Source of the DNA: Poseidonia sp.
GTDB lineage: Archaea; Thermoplasmatota; Poseidoniia; Poseidoniales; Poseidoniaceae
DNA length: 64,000 nt
Reading direction: 5' to 3'
Assembly: GCA_965661285.1 (NCBI GenBank)
Contig: CBFIDD010000001.1
Coordinates: 468,852 to 532,851, forward strand
The notes under the pieces are model-generated. The model was not told where the DNA came from. It worked only from the letters and a program-made list of their open reading frames with translations, and did no database searches. Numbering within the stretch: position 1 is the stretch's first letter; each line of letters begins with the position of its first letter. Below, piece after piece: positions 1-9,132 of this stretch. The translations under genes were made by a program, and so were the position numbers.

Positions 1-1
1 T

Positions 2-1708
2 AACTTCAGAAGCGTTCGAGAAACGGCCTACGTGCTCTTCCTCACGGTCATCGCCATCGCCGCCACCTACGGTCTGTCGGGTTGGTTGCAATTTGCCGGG
101 GTGGACATGACCTTCAACGCCGCCATGAACTCCATTCCGGTGCTGCTGTTGGCCATCGGCGTGGATTACGGCCTGCACGTCGTTCTCCGCATTCGTGAAG
201 AGCTCAGCGACGAAGAGCGCCGAGACCCCCAAGGACGGACCACGCTTCGGGACTTTGACAAGCAGGCCCGACAGCGTGCCATCCGTCAAGGGACCATCCT
301 GACCTCCATCGCCTTGATGATCGCCATCACCACGGACATCGTCGGGTTCCTCTCCTTCCGCCTCTCCTCGCTGGCGTTCTTGCAGGTGTTTGGTACCGTG
401 ATCGCCATCGGCCTGTTCCTCATCTATCTTCTCAGCATCTCGGCCTTACCCGCCCTCATGCTCATCCTGCCGACCAAGAAACTCCCGCTTGAGCGCGCCA
501 GCAAGGTGACGGTTGGTCCGCTGTCGCAAAACATCGCCAAACTCTCCCAACGCCCCAAACTCGTTGCCGTCATTGCCCTCATTTTGCTCGCACCGATGGT
601 GGCCGGTTTCCAACAACTCGAAGTGGCGTTTGAGCAACGAGATCAACTGGACGATTCGGTCCCGGTGGTGCAAGACTTCCTGCTCATCAGCGACGAGTTT
701 GGTACCAGTCGTTCACCGCTCTATGTGGTGATCGACGGCGATGTCATCAGCGAAGCAGGACGAACGGCGTGGACGGCGGCCTTCACCACGATGTCGGCCA
801 GGGACGACGTCAGCGGTGTGCCTACGGGCATTTGGGACGTGTACGAACAGGCACGGCTCCAAGACCCGGTCCTGGACGGGTTCTTGCTCGCCGCCGAAGC
901 CGGCGACCAAACCGCCTACAACGACCTGCTGGCGTGGTCGTTGGACAACGAAACCGGCGTGGAAACCACGAAGAGTTTGCTCGCCAGGGATGGAACACAA
1001 ACACTGCTCTCCTTCCAAGCCGATACCTTGGACTGGGGCGCCACCGTTGATTTGGCTGAAAGCATTGAAGCCTCGCTGGAACAACTTTCAGCAGAGGCTG
1101 GCGACGGCTTTACCCTTCGTCTGAGCGGCCGAGCCCTCATCAACGCCCAAACCACGGCGGACGTGGCGTCAGCATCGGTGCAATCCACGGGCATCGTCGC
1201 CGTGGTCATCCTCTTCATGCTCGTGGGCATTCACACCGTGCGCAACGAGAACAACCTCAAGGAAGGGCTGCAGCGCGGCGTCGTCTCGTGGATACCCCTC
1301 ATGATGGTCGTGTTCTGGGTCTACGGCATCATGGGCTACACGGGCTACAACATCAACTCACAAACGGTCACCATCGGCGCACTTTCTTTGGGATTGGGCG
1401 TCGATTACGCCGTTCACTTCACCACACGACTGGAGGAAGAAGCCGAACACCAACCCCTGGCCCCACCGGTGGAATGGGTTGCCAAATCCACCGCCACAAC
1501 CGGACGCGCCATGGCAGGTGCTGCGTTGACCACGGCAGGCGGTTTTGCCGTGCTCAACCTCTCGGCGCTGCTCCCGCTTCGACTGTTTGGTCAAGCGTTC
1601 GTCGTCGCCATTTCGCTGGCCTTGCTGACAAGTCTGCTCATCCTGCCAGCCTTCTACACGCCGTTCCTCAAGCGCACAGCGCTCGCTGCAAAAGGTGAGG
1701 CGGAATGA
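2..1708 (+). CDS. MMPL/RND-family membrane transporter (5'-truncated by window edge)
   Basis: Frame is open from position 2. Two repeats of the RND/MMPL signature (AIGVDYGLH; GLGVDYAVH), many TM helices and a large extracytoplasmic loop. Confidence 0.9.
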   Translation, partial: NFRSVRETAYVLFLTVIAIAATYGLSGWLQFAGVDMTFNAAMNSIPVLLLAIGVDYGLHVVLRIREELSDEERRDPQGRTTLRDFDKQARQRAIRQGTILTSIALMIAITTDIVGFLSFRLSSLAFLQVFGTVIAIGLFLIYLLSISALPALMLILPTKKLPLERASKVTVGPLSQNIAKLSQRPKLVAVIALILLAPMVAGFQQLEVAFEQRDQLDDSVPVVQDFLLISDEFGTSRSPLYVVIDGDVISEAGRTAWTAAFTTMSARDDVSGVPTGIWDVYEQARLQDPVLDGFLLAAEAGDQTAYNDLLAWSLDNETGVETTKSLLARDGTQTLLSFQADTLDWGATVDLAESIEASLEQLSAEAGDGFTLRLSGRALINAQTTADVASASVQSTGIVAVVILFMLVGIHTVRNENNLKEGLQRGVVSWIPLMMVVFWVYGIMGYTGYNINSQTVTIGALSLGLGVDYAVHFTTRLEEEAEHQPLAPPVEWVAKSTATTGRAMAGAALTTAGGFAVLNLSALLPLRLFGQAFVVAISLALLTSLLILPAFYTPFLKRTALAAKGEAE

Positions 1709-2247
1709 AGCGGAGAACGGTCTTTTGGTTCATCAACATCGTTGGACCGCTCATCCTTCTGTCCTACTGGAGGGGCGTGAATGCATTTGACGACCCGTCC
1801 GTGTACTGGGGCAATGTTCCCGAAGGCATGCAATCGTTCATCGTCCCGTGGATGTTTGTTGCGGCTGCGGGCTACCTGGTGATGTTCCACCGGTTTTTCT
1901 TCGCTTGGAGCGAAGACGAGGTCACTTCCTTGCACTGGCCGTGGAAGCAAAGCGATGGGAAAGGCATCCAACGCCTCTTTGTATTGTATGCGGCTTTTCT
2001 TCTGACGTCCTTGATTTGGATTGACTTGACGCGCATCTACATCGAGGGGCCGAGCATGCTCGTAGCCGTGACGATCGTGGCCGTGCTCTGGACCGCCGGC
2101 TTGGCTTCCGTTGGTTTTGGTGTGCTCGTCTGGCCTGCTCGCAAGCGACTGCATGGTGCGAACTACGCCATGGTTGGTTCGTTCATGCTCTCGATTCAAT
2201 GCATGTGGTGGGACGCCATCTATTGGGTCGTGAACTTCGGATTTTGA
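1705..2247 (+). CDS. Hypothetical multi-pass membrane protein
   Basis: 180 aa with about 5 hydrophobic Trp-rich segments; ATGA overlap with the MMPL stop. Confidence 0.75.
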   Translation: MKRRTVFWFINIVGPLILLSYWRGVNAFDDPSVYWGNVPEGMQSFIVPWMFVAAAGYLVMFHRFFFAWSEDEVTSLHWPWKQSDGKGIQRLFVLYAAFLLTSLIWIDLTRIYIEGPSMLVAVTIVAVLWTAGLASVGFGVLVWPARKRLHGANYAMVGSFMLSIQCMWWDAIYWVVNFGF

Positions 2248-2284
2248 ACAGGCGTTGATATACGGACCGGGAAGATTGAATACC

Positions 2285-2905
2285 ATGGCTCAAGCAAAGC
2301 GATTGGTTTCCGTGTTGGTGCTGCTGATGATGTTGGCAGGCTGTACGGCTGCTCCGGTTGAAAATGCCGTGGAAAACGAGGAAGATGCGGTGCTTTCACC
2401 GATTCCCGAACGCCTCTCCTTCACCGCACCCACCTTTGACCGAGAGGTCGACAACGGGTCTTCCCACGACCTGCGGCAATCCTTTGACGGTCCCGTGCTG
2501 ATGTTGTGGGTCGCGGCGGGCTGCAGTGGATGCCATGATTGGACCGACATGTTGAGGCAAGAACTGGAGGCTGGAAACATCTCCAACACCACGAACATCG
2601 TCTCCGTCCATCGCTATCCAGCCTTTGAGTCCATCAACGATGTACGAGAACGCTACACCACCAACAACACCTCCACCTCCACCCCTTGGCCGCTCTTGCT
2701 GCCCTCTGAATCAACCAACGTCATCGATGTGGATACCGGACGAATGACCGATGTGAACCTCTACCGCGCTTTTGAAAACCCCGTCACCCCCACCCTCCAG
2801 GTGCTTGACGGGGACGGTCGGCTCGTGTGGACGTCGAAAACATACTGGGCCAACGCCACGGTTTTGGAGGAAGCCTTGAACATCATGGAGACGGGTGGCC
2901 TGTGA
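2285..2905 (+). CDS. Thioredoxin-fold (redoxin/TlpA-like) lipoprotein
   Basis: Lipobox MLAGC, then WVAAGCSGC (CxxC) and a cis-Pro-type TPTLQVLDGDG motif. Confidence 0.75.
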   Translation: MAQAKRLVSVLVLLMMLAGCTAAPVENAVENEEDAVLSPIPERLSFTAPTFDREVDNGSSHDLRQSFDGPVLMLWVAAGCSGCHDWTDMLRQELEAGNISNTTNIVSVHRYPAFESINDVRERYTTNNTSTSTPWPLLLPSESTNVIDVDTGRMTDVNLYRAFENPVTPTLQVLDGDGRLVWTSKTYWANATVLEEALNIMETGGL

Positions 2906-2906
2906 C

Positions 2907-3362
2907 ATGGTCGCCTTCATCGACATCCTGTTTTGGTTCTCCAGCATCTACATCTTCCCGTTCTGGCTGATGATGTGGTTTGCCCCCACCCACGAGCGAA
3001 CGGCTGCACTGATGCGAAACGAGTGGGTCTACCTCGCCCCGCTGGCAGCTGCGTACACGCTGGCGGTGCTTCCGAACCTCGTTGACATTCTGGTGCTGCT
3101 GGGAAGCGACATGCCCAGCCCCGACATCGTGGTGGAGATGTTCTCCGAGCGTGAGGTCATTTTGATCGGATGGCTTCACTACCTGGCGTTTGACCTCTTC
3201 GTTGGGCGTTGGACCTGGCAGCGCCTGGTGGCGACGGGCAAGCCGATCTATGTCTCCTTCCCGGTCTTGTTGCTCTCGATGTTCGTGGCGCCCCTCGGCG
3301 CCCTCATCGGCATGGTCGTCACCCGCGATTATCGTGAAGAGACCACGGCAAGGGAGGCTTGA
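2907..3362 (+). CDS. ABA4-like (DUF4281) membrane protein
   Basis: PFWLMMWFAP and GWLHYLAFDLFVGRW motifs typical of the ABA4-like family; 4 TMs. Confidence 0.85.
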   Translation: MVAFIDILFWFSSIYIFPFWLMMWFAPTHERTAALMRNEWVYLAPLAAAYTLAVLPNLVDILVLLGSDMPSPDIVVEMFSEREVILIGWLHYLAFDLFVGRWTWQRLVATGKPIYVSFPVLLLSMFVAPLGALIGMVVTRDYREETTAREA

Positions 3363-3478
3363 GCAGTGGGTACCCTTTGCTCACCTCACAACCAATTGGA
3401 ACCCCTCGTGAGCAAGCATGAGCATCAAGGCCATAGGCCAAACAATGCATTAAATGCTCAAATTCCGGTTTTTCACTC

Positions 3479-3691
3479 ATGAAGAACGTCGGAGGACGTG
3501 AGCGGATGGCTCGTGCCGTGTTCGGCTCTGGCGTTGTCATCTTCGACTTCCTCGCCACGGTTCACATCGAAGTCGTCTTCCTCATCGTGGGCCTGTGGGG
3601 CGTCCTGACCTCCGCCTTCGGCTACTGCCCGTTCAACGGGTTGCTCAACCGAAACACGTGCCAAATCGACATCCAACCGGCTCAAGGCTGA
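3479..3691 (+). CDS. DUF2892 / YgaP-like small membrane protein
   Basis: MKNVGGRERMAR...GYCPFNGLL pattern with 2 TMs; TTAAAT about 28 nt upstream. Confidence 0.85.
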   Translation: MKNVGGRERMARAVFGSGVVIFDFLATVHIEVVFLIVGLWGVLTSAFGYCPFNGLLNRNTCQIDIQPAQG

Positions 3692-3706
3692 GGGCAAGGC
3701 GAGGCG

Positions 3707-4999
3707 TCAGCCCCAATTGCACGGTTCCAACACCGTTTGACCGCTCATGAACGGTTGAAGTGCCTCAGGAATCGCAACCCGTCCGTCCTCAAGTTGGTAC
3801 TGCTCCATGATGGCGACGAGCGCCCGAGAGGTCGCTACAGCGGTTGAGTTGAGGGTGTGGACGATGGGTTGGTTGGGATGACCGGGCTGGCCATAGCGAA
3901 TGCGCAAGCGGTTGGCTTGGTAGTCGGTGCAGTTGGAACAGGAAACGATTTCCTTGTACTGGTTGGCGCCGGGAATCCAGGCTTCCAAGTCGTATTTTTT
4001 AGCCGCAACCGTTCCCATATCGCCGGTGCAAATGTTGACGATTTCGTAGTGAACACCGAGGCTGTTCCACAAGTCAATGCAATTCTGGAGCAATTCTTCG
4101 TGAAGCGCCCAGGAGTCTTCGGGCTTGGCGATGATGATCTGCTCAATCTTGGTGAACTGGTGCACCCGCCAAATGCCGAGATCGCTCTGGCCGTGGCTGC
4201 CGACCTCGCGGCGGAAACACTGGGACACGCCGACCATGCGCAGCGGCATTTGCTCTTCGGGGATGGTTTCGTCCATGTACATCGCCGTGAGCGGGTGTTC
4301 TGAGGTGGCGATCATGTAGTACTTGTCGGGCTCAATCCCGTACATGACGGTCTCAAAATCGCCGAGGTCCGTGACGCCCTCGTACGCTTCCCGGTTCATC
4401 ATGACCGGCGGCTGAACAAAGGTGTAATCCCGCTGGCGAAGGAAGTCCACGGCGTACTGCTGGAGGGCGAATTCGAGTCGGGCAAGGTCGCCTTTGAGGA
4501 AATAGAAGCGGCTCCCGGTGATTTTGGCGGCACGCTTGAGGTCGACCCACTTGTTCATCTCGATGAGTTCGTTGTGCGTGCGCAGCTCAAAGGTAAATTC
4601 CGGCTTGGTGCCGTGAACGGCATGGGCTGTGTTACCGGATTCATCGTCGCCCACAGGGACATCTGCATGCAGGATGTTGGGGATGGACATGCGCAACCTG
4701 TCGCGCACCGCCATGGCTTCGTTGGTCTTGGCTTCCATCTCCGCAATCTTTTGTCCAAGGTCGGCGACCTGGGCCAAAATGGCCTCTGCGGCTTCATGGT
4801 CGCCCGCTTTCTTGGCGGCGCCTATGCCCCGAGCCGCCTCGTTTTTTGCACGACGAAGCTGGTCGGTTTCGTGGAGAAGATTGCGCCAGGCTTGGTCGAG
4901 ATCGATCACCTTCTCGATGTTGTCGTGGGGCAGGCCACGCTTCGTGTGGTCGGCGCGAATCGTATCGGCGTGTTCTCTAAACATGGTCATGTCAAGCAT
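3707..4999 (-). CDS. serS: Serine--tRNA ligase
   Basis: N-terminal coiled coil; ATSEHP, CFRRE, RVHQF and EIVSCSNCTDYQ class II motifs. Confidence 0.98.
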   Translation of the reverse strand: MLDMTMFREHADTIRADHTKRGLPHDNIEKVIDLDQAWRNLLHETDQLRRAKNEAARGIGAAKKAGDHEAAEAILAQVADLGQKIAEMEAKTNEAMAVRDRLRMSIPNILHADVPVGDDESGNTAHAVHGTKPEFTFELRTHNELIEMNKWVDLKRAAKITGSRFYFLKGDLARLEFALQQYAVDFLRQRDYTFVQPPVMMNREAYEGVTDLGDFETVMYGIEPDKYYMIATSEHPLTAMYMDETIPEEQMPLRMVGVSQCFRREVGSHGQSDLGIWRVHQFTKIEQIIIAKPEDSWALHEELLQNCIDLWNSLGVHYEIVNICTGDMGTVAAKKYDLEAWIPGANQYKEIVSCSNCTDYQANRLRIRYGQPGHPNQPIVHTLNSTAVATSRALVAIMEQYQLEDGRVAIPEALQPFMSGQTVLEPCNWG

Positions 5000-5004
5000 T
5001 TGGA

Positions 5005-7215
5005 TCACCACGAGATGTTGAAACTGAAAATATCGCCACCGACAAAGAGCAAGCCGCCGATGAAGAAGCCCAAAATGGCCCCACCGTTCAGCAAGGGTAG
5101 GCCGGCTTGGGCCTTCCCTCGAGCCACGTAGGTCATCAAAACAAGGTAGCCCAAGAGCGCACCGACGAGGGTGAACATGGCCACTTCAAACGCAACACTC
5201 GGATCAAGCCACTGCATGGCAGAAAGGACGAGCATGCCCGGGAAGATGATGTCGCCCAAACCCATGAACATGGCTTCGCTGTTCTTCTTTCTCTTCCGCT
5301 TCACCACCGCACCCTCGGGAGGCGGAGAGGGGGCCGGGCGCTTGGCGCGTTCGGTCTCCTCGATGAGGGAATAATCGCTGTCTTGCGGGGCGACGAGGAG
5401 GATGGGGAGGCGCAGGCCAACCATCGTGTCGGCCAAATCCAACATGTGTTTTGACTTGTAGACGGCCCAGAAATCGTAAACGGCTGCGAGCGCCATGAAC
5501 ACGATGGCCAAGGCGGGCACAAACGTGACGCCCAGCATGACCGAGACACCGGCACCGAGCAGCACGCCCGTGGTGTTCACGACGTACCATTCGCTGTGGA
5601 CCACCAGCAAAATCAGCAAGAGCACGGTCACGGCAAGACCGGCGAGGGTGGGTCCAGTCAGTATTTGGAGCCCGTAGAGCGGGAACATCTCCGAGGTCAG
5701 TTCTCCCCGTTCAATCACAGTTGTCTGAGTCCCACCGGGTGAAGAGCGAAGCACGACCAGTTCGGCATCATCATCATCGAGAGCGAAGAAGACGTTGTGT
5801 ACATCCTCAGCGACGTCGAAACTGGCCCGATTCACGAGGGAGGTCGTGTACAACCAATGCGCTTGGCCATCGCCAACGACCAACAGATCGCTGTATCCCG
5901 AATCGTCCAAATCGGTAATTCGAACCGACGAGACCTCGCTCACCAATCCGTCAAGATTCATCCGTTCTTGGACGGTGTAGGCTTCCTCACCTTCGAGCGT
6001 TCCATTCCACTCAATGCCGACCACTGAACCTTCCGAATCACCGATGATGATGAAGCGCTGGGATTGGAGTTGCGTACCGATCTCGTTGAAATTTTCCGTC
6101 ATGAACGGCGACCATCCAACATCAGCAGAGGTGAACGAAGCGGTCGCATCGGATGCTTGTTGCATGAGATAGGTTGCATCGGCGAGGGCGCCCTGGACGG
6201 CGTCGTCAAGGGGTGGGGCATTGCTCTCGAGCAGAACGCTTGCCGCCAAATCAGGGGTGACCAGCAACCATTCATCCTCGTCCAGCAGATGGCTCTCGAC
6301 CGGTGTGTTTTCAGTTGAAAATCCGGGAATCGCCCATCGGGCTTGGTAGGTGAGCACACCGGGGAATTCCTCAAAGGTGTTGAAACGAACCATTTCATCA
6401 TAAGCGTTGATGAGGTAGACAGCATCGGTTGTTGAAACGGCAAGGACACAACCCGCATACATGTTGTCCAAGGGGCGGTACTCCCCATCAACCCAGGTGT
6501 GGCAAGCATAGCTCTCGGTCAACTCCCCGGTTGTTATGTCGACGGACCAGGCGTAATCTCCGGAGGCAAAGGTCAGCATGTCGTTGGAGGTGGTCATGGT
6601 CAGCGCGATGGCTGATTTGTACACTTGATAGGGGTGAGAGAGGTTCCAGACCGGCTCAACATAGTCGTTGGATGCATCCCACGCTGTGAGTTCCACGGTG
6701 GTGTTGACGCCGCCTTCTTCCACCGTGTAGAGAATGTATCCGTATTCCCCCCACGTGCCGACGAAAACACCGTCCTGATCTTCTGCAGACTCGATCTCAA
6801 AGGGCGTGGTCTCAAAGTTGAGGACCAACATGTGGGCAAGCGGCACCGTGGTGTACATCAGCGCGATGGTCAGCACGGCGTACATCCCGTACTTGATGAT
6901 GTACTGCTTTCCCCATTTGGCGAGGAAAATGATGAGGGCCGTGAAGGCAAAGATCGCCACCAGTTCAAGGGCAACGTAGCGAACCTGGGTGGCGCCTGAG
7001 GCGCCGAACGCATGCAATTCACCCACGTCGTAGTAGGGTCGGATGTACATGGCAAGCGCAATGGTTGCGACGAACATGCCGGCCATGCCGGCCATGCCGC
7101 GCCACTGCTCGGCCATCAGCGAGCCAAGACCTTCGCCATCACGAAGTTCGTCCTCAACGTCGGCGAAGCGCTGAGAAACGTGACGCTCCTCGTTGGACGC
7201 TGTCGCATCGCTCAT
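5005..7215 (-). CDS. Presenilin-family intramembrane aspartyl protease (PSH/A22) with large inserted ectodomain
   Basis: Catalytic YD (AVYDFWAV), GxGD (MGLGDIIFP) and PAL-equivalent GLPLLN; about 385 aa of extra sequence after TM3. Start codon uncertain (7215-7260). Confidence 0.9.
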   Translation of the reverse strand: MSDATASNEERHVSQRFADVEDELRDGEGLGSLMAEQWRGMAGMAGMFVATIALAMYIRPYYDVGELHAFGASGATQVRYVALELVAIFAFTALIIFLAKWGKQYIIKYGMYAVLTIALMYTTVPLAHMLVLNFETTPFEIESAEDQDGVFVGTWGEYGYILYTVEEGGVNTTVELTAWDASNDYVEPVWNLSHPYQVYKSAIALTMTTSNDMLTFASGDYAWSVDITTGELTESYACHTWVDGEYRPLDNMYAGCVLAVSTTDAVYLINAYDEMVRFNTFEEFPGVLTYQARWAIPGFSTENTPVESHLLDEDEWLLVTPDLAASVLLESNAPPLDDAVQGALADATYLMQQASDATASFTSADVGWSPFMTENFNEIGTQLQSQRFIIIGDSEGSVVGIEWNGTLEGEEAYTVQERMNLDGLVSEVSSVRITDLDDSGYSDLLVVGDGQAHWLYTTSLVNRASFDVAEDVHNVFFALDDDDAELVVLRSSPGGTQTTVIERGELTSEMFPLYGLQILTGPTLAGLAVTVLLLILLVVHSEWYVVNTTGVLLGAGVSVMLGVTFVPALAIVFMALAAVYDFWAVYKSKHMLDLADTMVGLRLPILLVAPQDSDYSLIEETERAKRPAPSPPPEGAVVKRKRKKNSEAMFMGLGDIIFPGMLVLSAMQWLDPSVAFEVAMFTLVGALLGYLVLMTYVARGKAQAGLPLLNGGAILGFFIGGLLFVGGDIFSFNISW

Positions 7216-7312
7216 GGTGGTGCCAATCCACTCTTCCATATCAGCCTCGCGTTCTTGCAAGGTGTGAGTACCGAAGGAAAGAGCCTATGGTGAACGGTGG
7301 GCTGCACCGAAC

Positions 7313-8596
7313 ATGGTCGCTGCTCATGAACTCCGTCCGTGGCTCGAGACGACCAAACATCGAGGCATGGCGCTCGGCTTAGCCAACACCCACCGGGCCC
7401 TGCGGGAACTCCACCTTGCTTGCCCTGCCTACGAGACCGTGCATGTGGCTGGAAGCAACGGAAAAGGCACGACTGTGGCGACCCTGAGCGCAGCCTTGTC
7501 CTCAACCGGCATTGACCATCTCGCCTTTACCTCCCCACATCTTGTTCGTGTTGAGGAACGCATTCGCTTGAACGGGCGACCGGTCTCAGCCGCCCGCTTT
7601 GATGAGGGATTGCGCCGGGTTCACGCCATGGTTCAGCGCACAGGGATTCAGTTGACGTTCTTCGAAACCACCTTCCTCGTGGCGATGGTGCTGGCCGATA
7701 TCGAACCGATTCGGGTACTGCTGCTTGAAACCGGACTTGGGGGGCGTTTGGACGCCACGCGAGTCGCTGCGGCTGACGTGGCGTTGGTGACCTCCCTGAG
7801 TCTGGAGCACACCGAGGTGCTTGGCGACACGCTGGAGGCAATCGCAGGGGAAAAGGCAGCCATTGCTCGGCCGGGACGACCGCTGGTGGTTCGTGAGGTG
7901 AGGCACCACGAGGCCAAGGCTCGCATTGAGCGGTGTGCGCTTGAGGCGGGCATGGAAGGGATTGACGAGGCGTCGGCGCCGGCCAACCTGCAGTGGGTTG
8001 GTGTTGATGCTGGCGCCACCTACTTTGAGGAAGCCAGCACCTTGGCAAAGGTGGTCTGGATGCATCTGGCGTGCGCGGAGAAGAAAGAATTCCCCAACAT
8101 CCGCGCATTACGCTGGCCGGGTCGGATGCACGAGGTAGCAAGCCCCGGACAGGCGTCCATGACGTACCTTCTCGAAGGCGCTCACAACCCCAGCGGGATG
8201 GAAGCCTCGTGTGCACAACTGCAAGGGCAACCGCGGTGGCGGGAACCATGGGCGCTGCTGCTCGGCTCCACACCGCAATCGAACATGGAGGTCTTGCTCC
8301 GTCCCCTGGTTGAATTTTGCAAACGCCATCCGCCGGTTTCGGTCGTGGTCACCGAGCCTCAGTTCGGCCGCTACCCGGGCGTTGCGTGCGACGATATCGA
8401 GGCTGCGCTGGCCGAAGCAGGGCTGGCCACCACCGTCTCCTTCCGGTTGCCCGAAGAAGCCGTGGCGTGGCTGGAAAGCCAGAACCACGGGGCCCAGACC
8501 GTCTTCTCCATCGGCTCGCTCTACCTGCAAGGCAACGTTCTCGCCGCCCTCGGGGCCGATGACGACGAGGCGCTGGCGATTGTGGCGAAGGAATGA
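7313..8596 (+). CDS. folC: Folylpolyglutamate synthase/dihydrofolate synthase (FolC family)
   Basis: HVAGSNGKGT P-loop, FTSPHL, ETGLGGRLDAT, WPGR and GAHNP. Confidence 0.92.
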   Translation: MVAAHELRPWLETTKHRGMALGLANTHRALRELHLACPAYETVHVAGSNGKGTTVATLSAALSSTGIDHLAFTSPHLVRVEERIRLNGRPVSAARFDEGLRRVHAMVQRTGIQLTFFETTFLVAMVLADIEPIRVLLLETGLGGRLDATRVAAADVALVTSLSLEHTEVLGDTLEAIAGEKAAIARPGRPLVVREVRHHEAKARIERCALEAGMEGIDEASAPANLQWVGVDAGATYFEEASTLAKVVWMHLACAEKKEFPNIRALRWPGRMHEVASPGQASMTYLLEGAHNPSGMEASCAQLQGQPRWREPWALLLGSTPQSNMEVLLRPLVEFCKRHPPVSVVVTEPQFGRYPGVACDDIEAALAEAGLATTVSFRLPEEAVAWLESQNHGAQTVFSIGSLYLQGNVLAALGADDDEALAIVAKE

Positions 8597-9108
8597 AACA
8601 CCAAGGCCGATTCATGGAAACCGGTGAGCGCATGAAGGACAAGCATCTGAAGATTCGAATCCAACAGTGCTTGGCGCTGGCCGAAGCCTCAAACTGTCCG
8701 CGCCGCACCTTCGGGGCCCTGCTGGTCGACCCGCAGCGCAACGTGGTGCTGATGGACGGCTACAACGGCGGGCCTCGTGGCGGCGGACGCTTGTGCGGTG
8801 GAGAAGAGTGCCTTCGCGACACCATGAACATCGAGTCGGGAACTCGCGTGGAAATCGGGTGCCACCACGCCGAGATGAACCTCATTTGCAACGCTGCGGC
8901 CAACGGCGTACCCACCAACAACGCCTGGCTCATCGTCACGGGCGAGCCGTGCATGATGTGTGCAAAACTGATTCATCACGCCGGCATTGAGCGTGTCGTC
9001 ATCGTTGATGGGGGCTTCATGGGCGAAAACGGCGTGGGCTACCTTGAGAATCACGGCGTTGAGATTCAGCGCACGGAAGGCCCGAAAGACCCTCGAGGCG
9101 AATCTTGA
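8593..9108 (+). CDS. dCMP deaminase family zinc-dependent deaminase
   Basis: GYNG, HAEMN and PCMMC motifs; ATGA overlap with folC. Confidence 0.9.
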   Translation: MKHQGRFMETGERMKDKHLKIRIQQCLALAEASNCPRRTFGALLVDPQRNVVLMDGYNGGPRGGGRLCGGEECLRDTMNIESGTRVEIGCHHAEMNLICNAAANGVPTNNAWLIVTGEPCMMCAKLIHHAGIERVVIVDGGFMGENGVGYLENHGVEIQRTEGPKDPRGES

Positions 9109-9132
9109 GTCTTCGTCGAATACCGCCTCATC

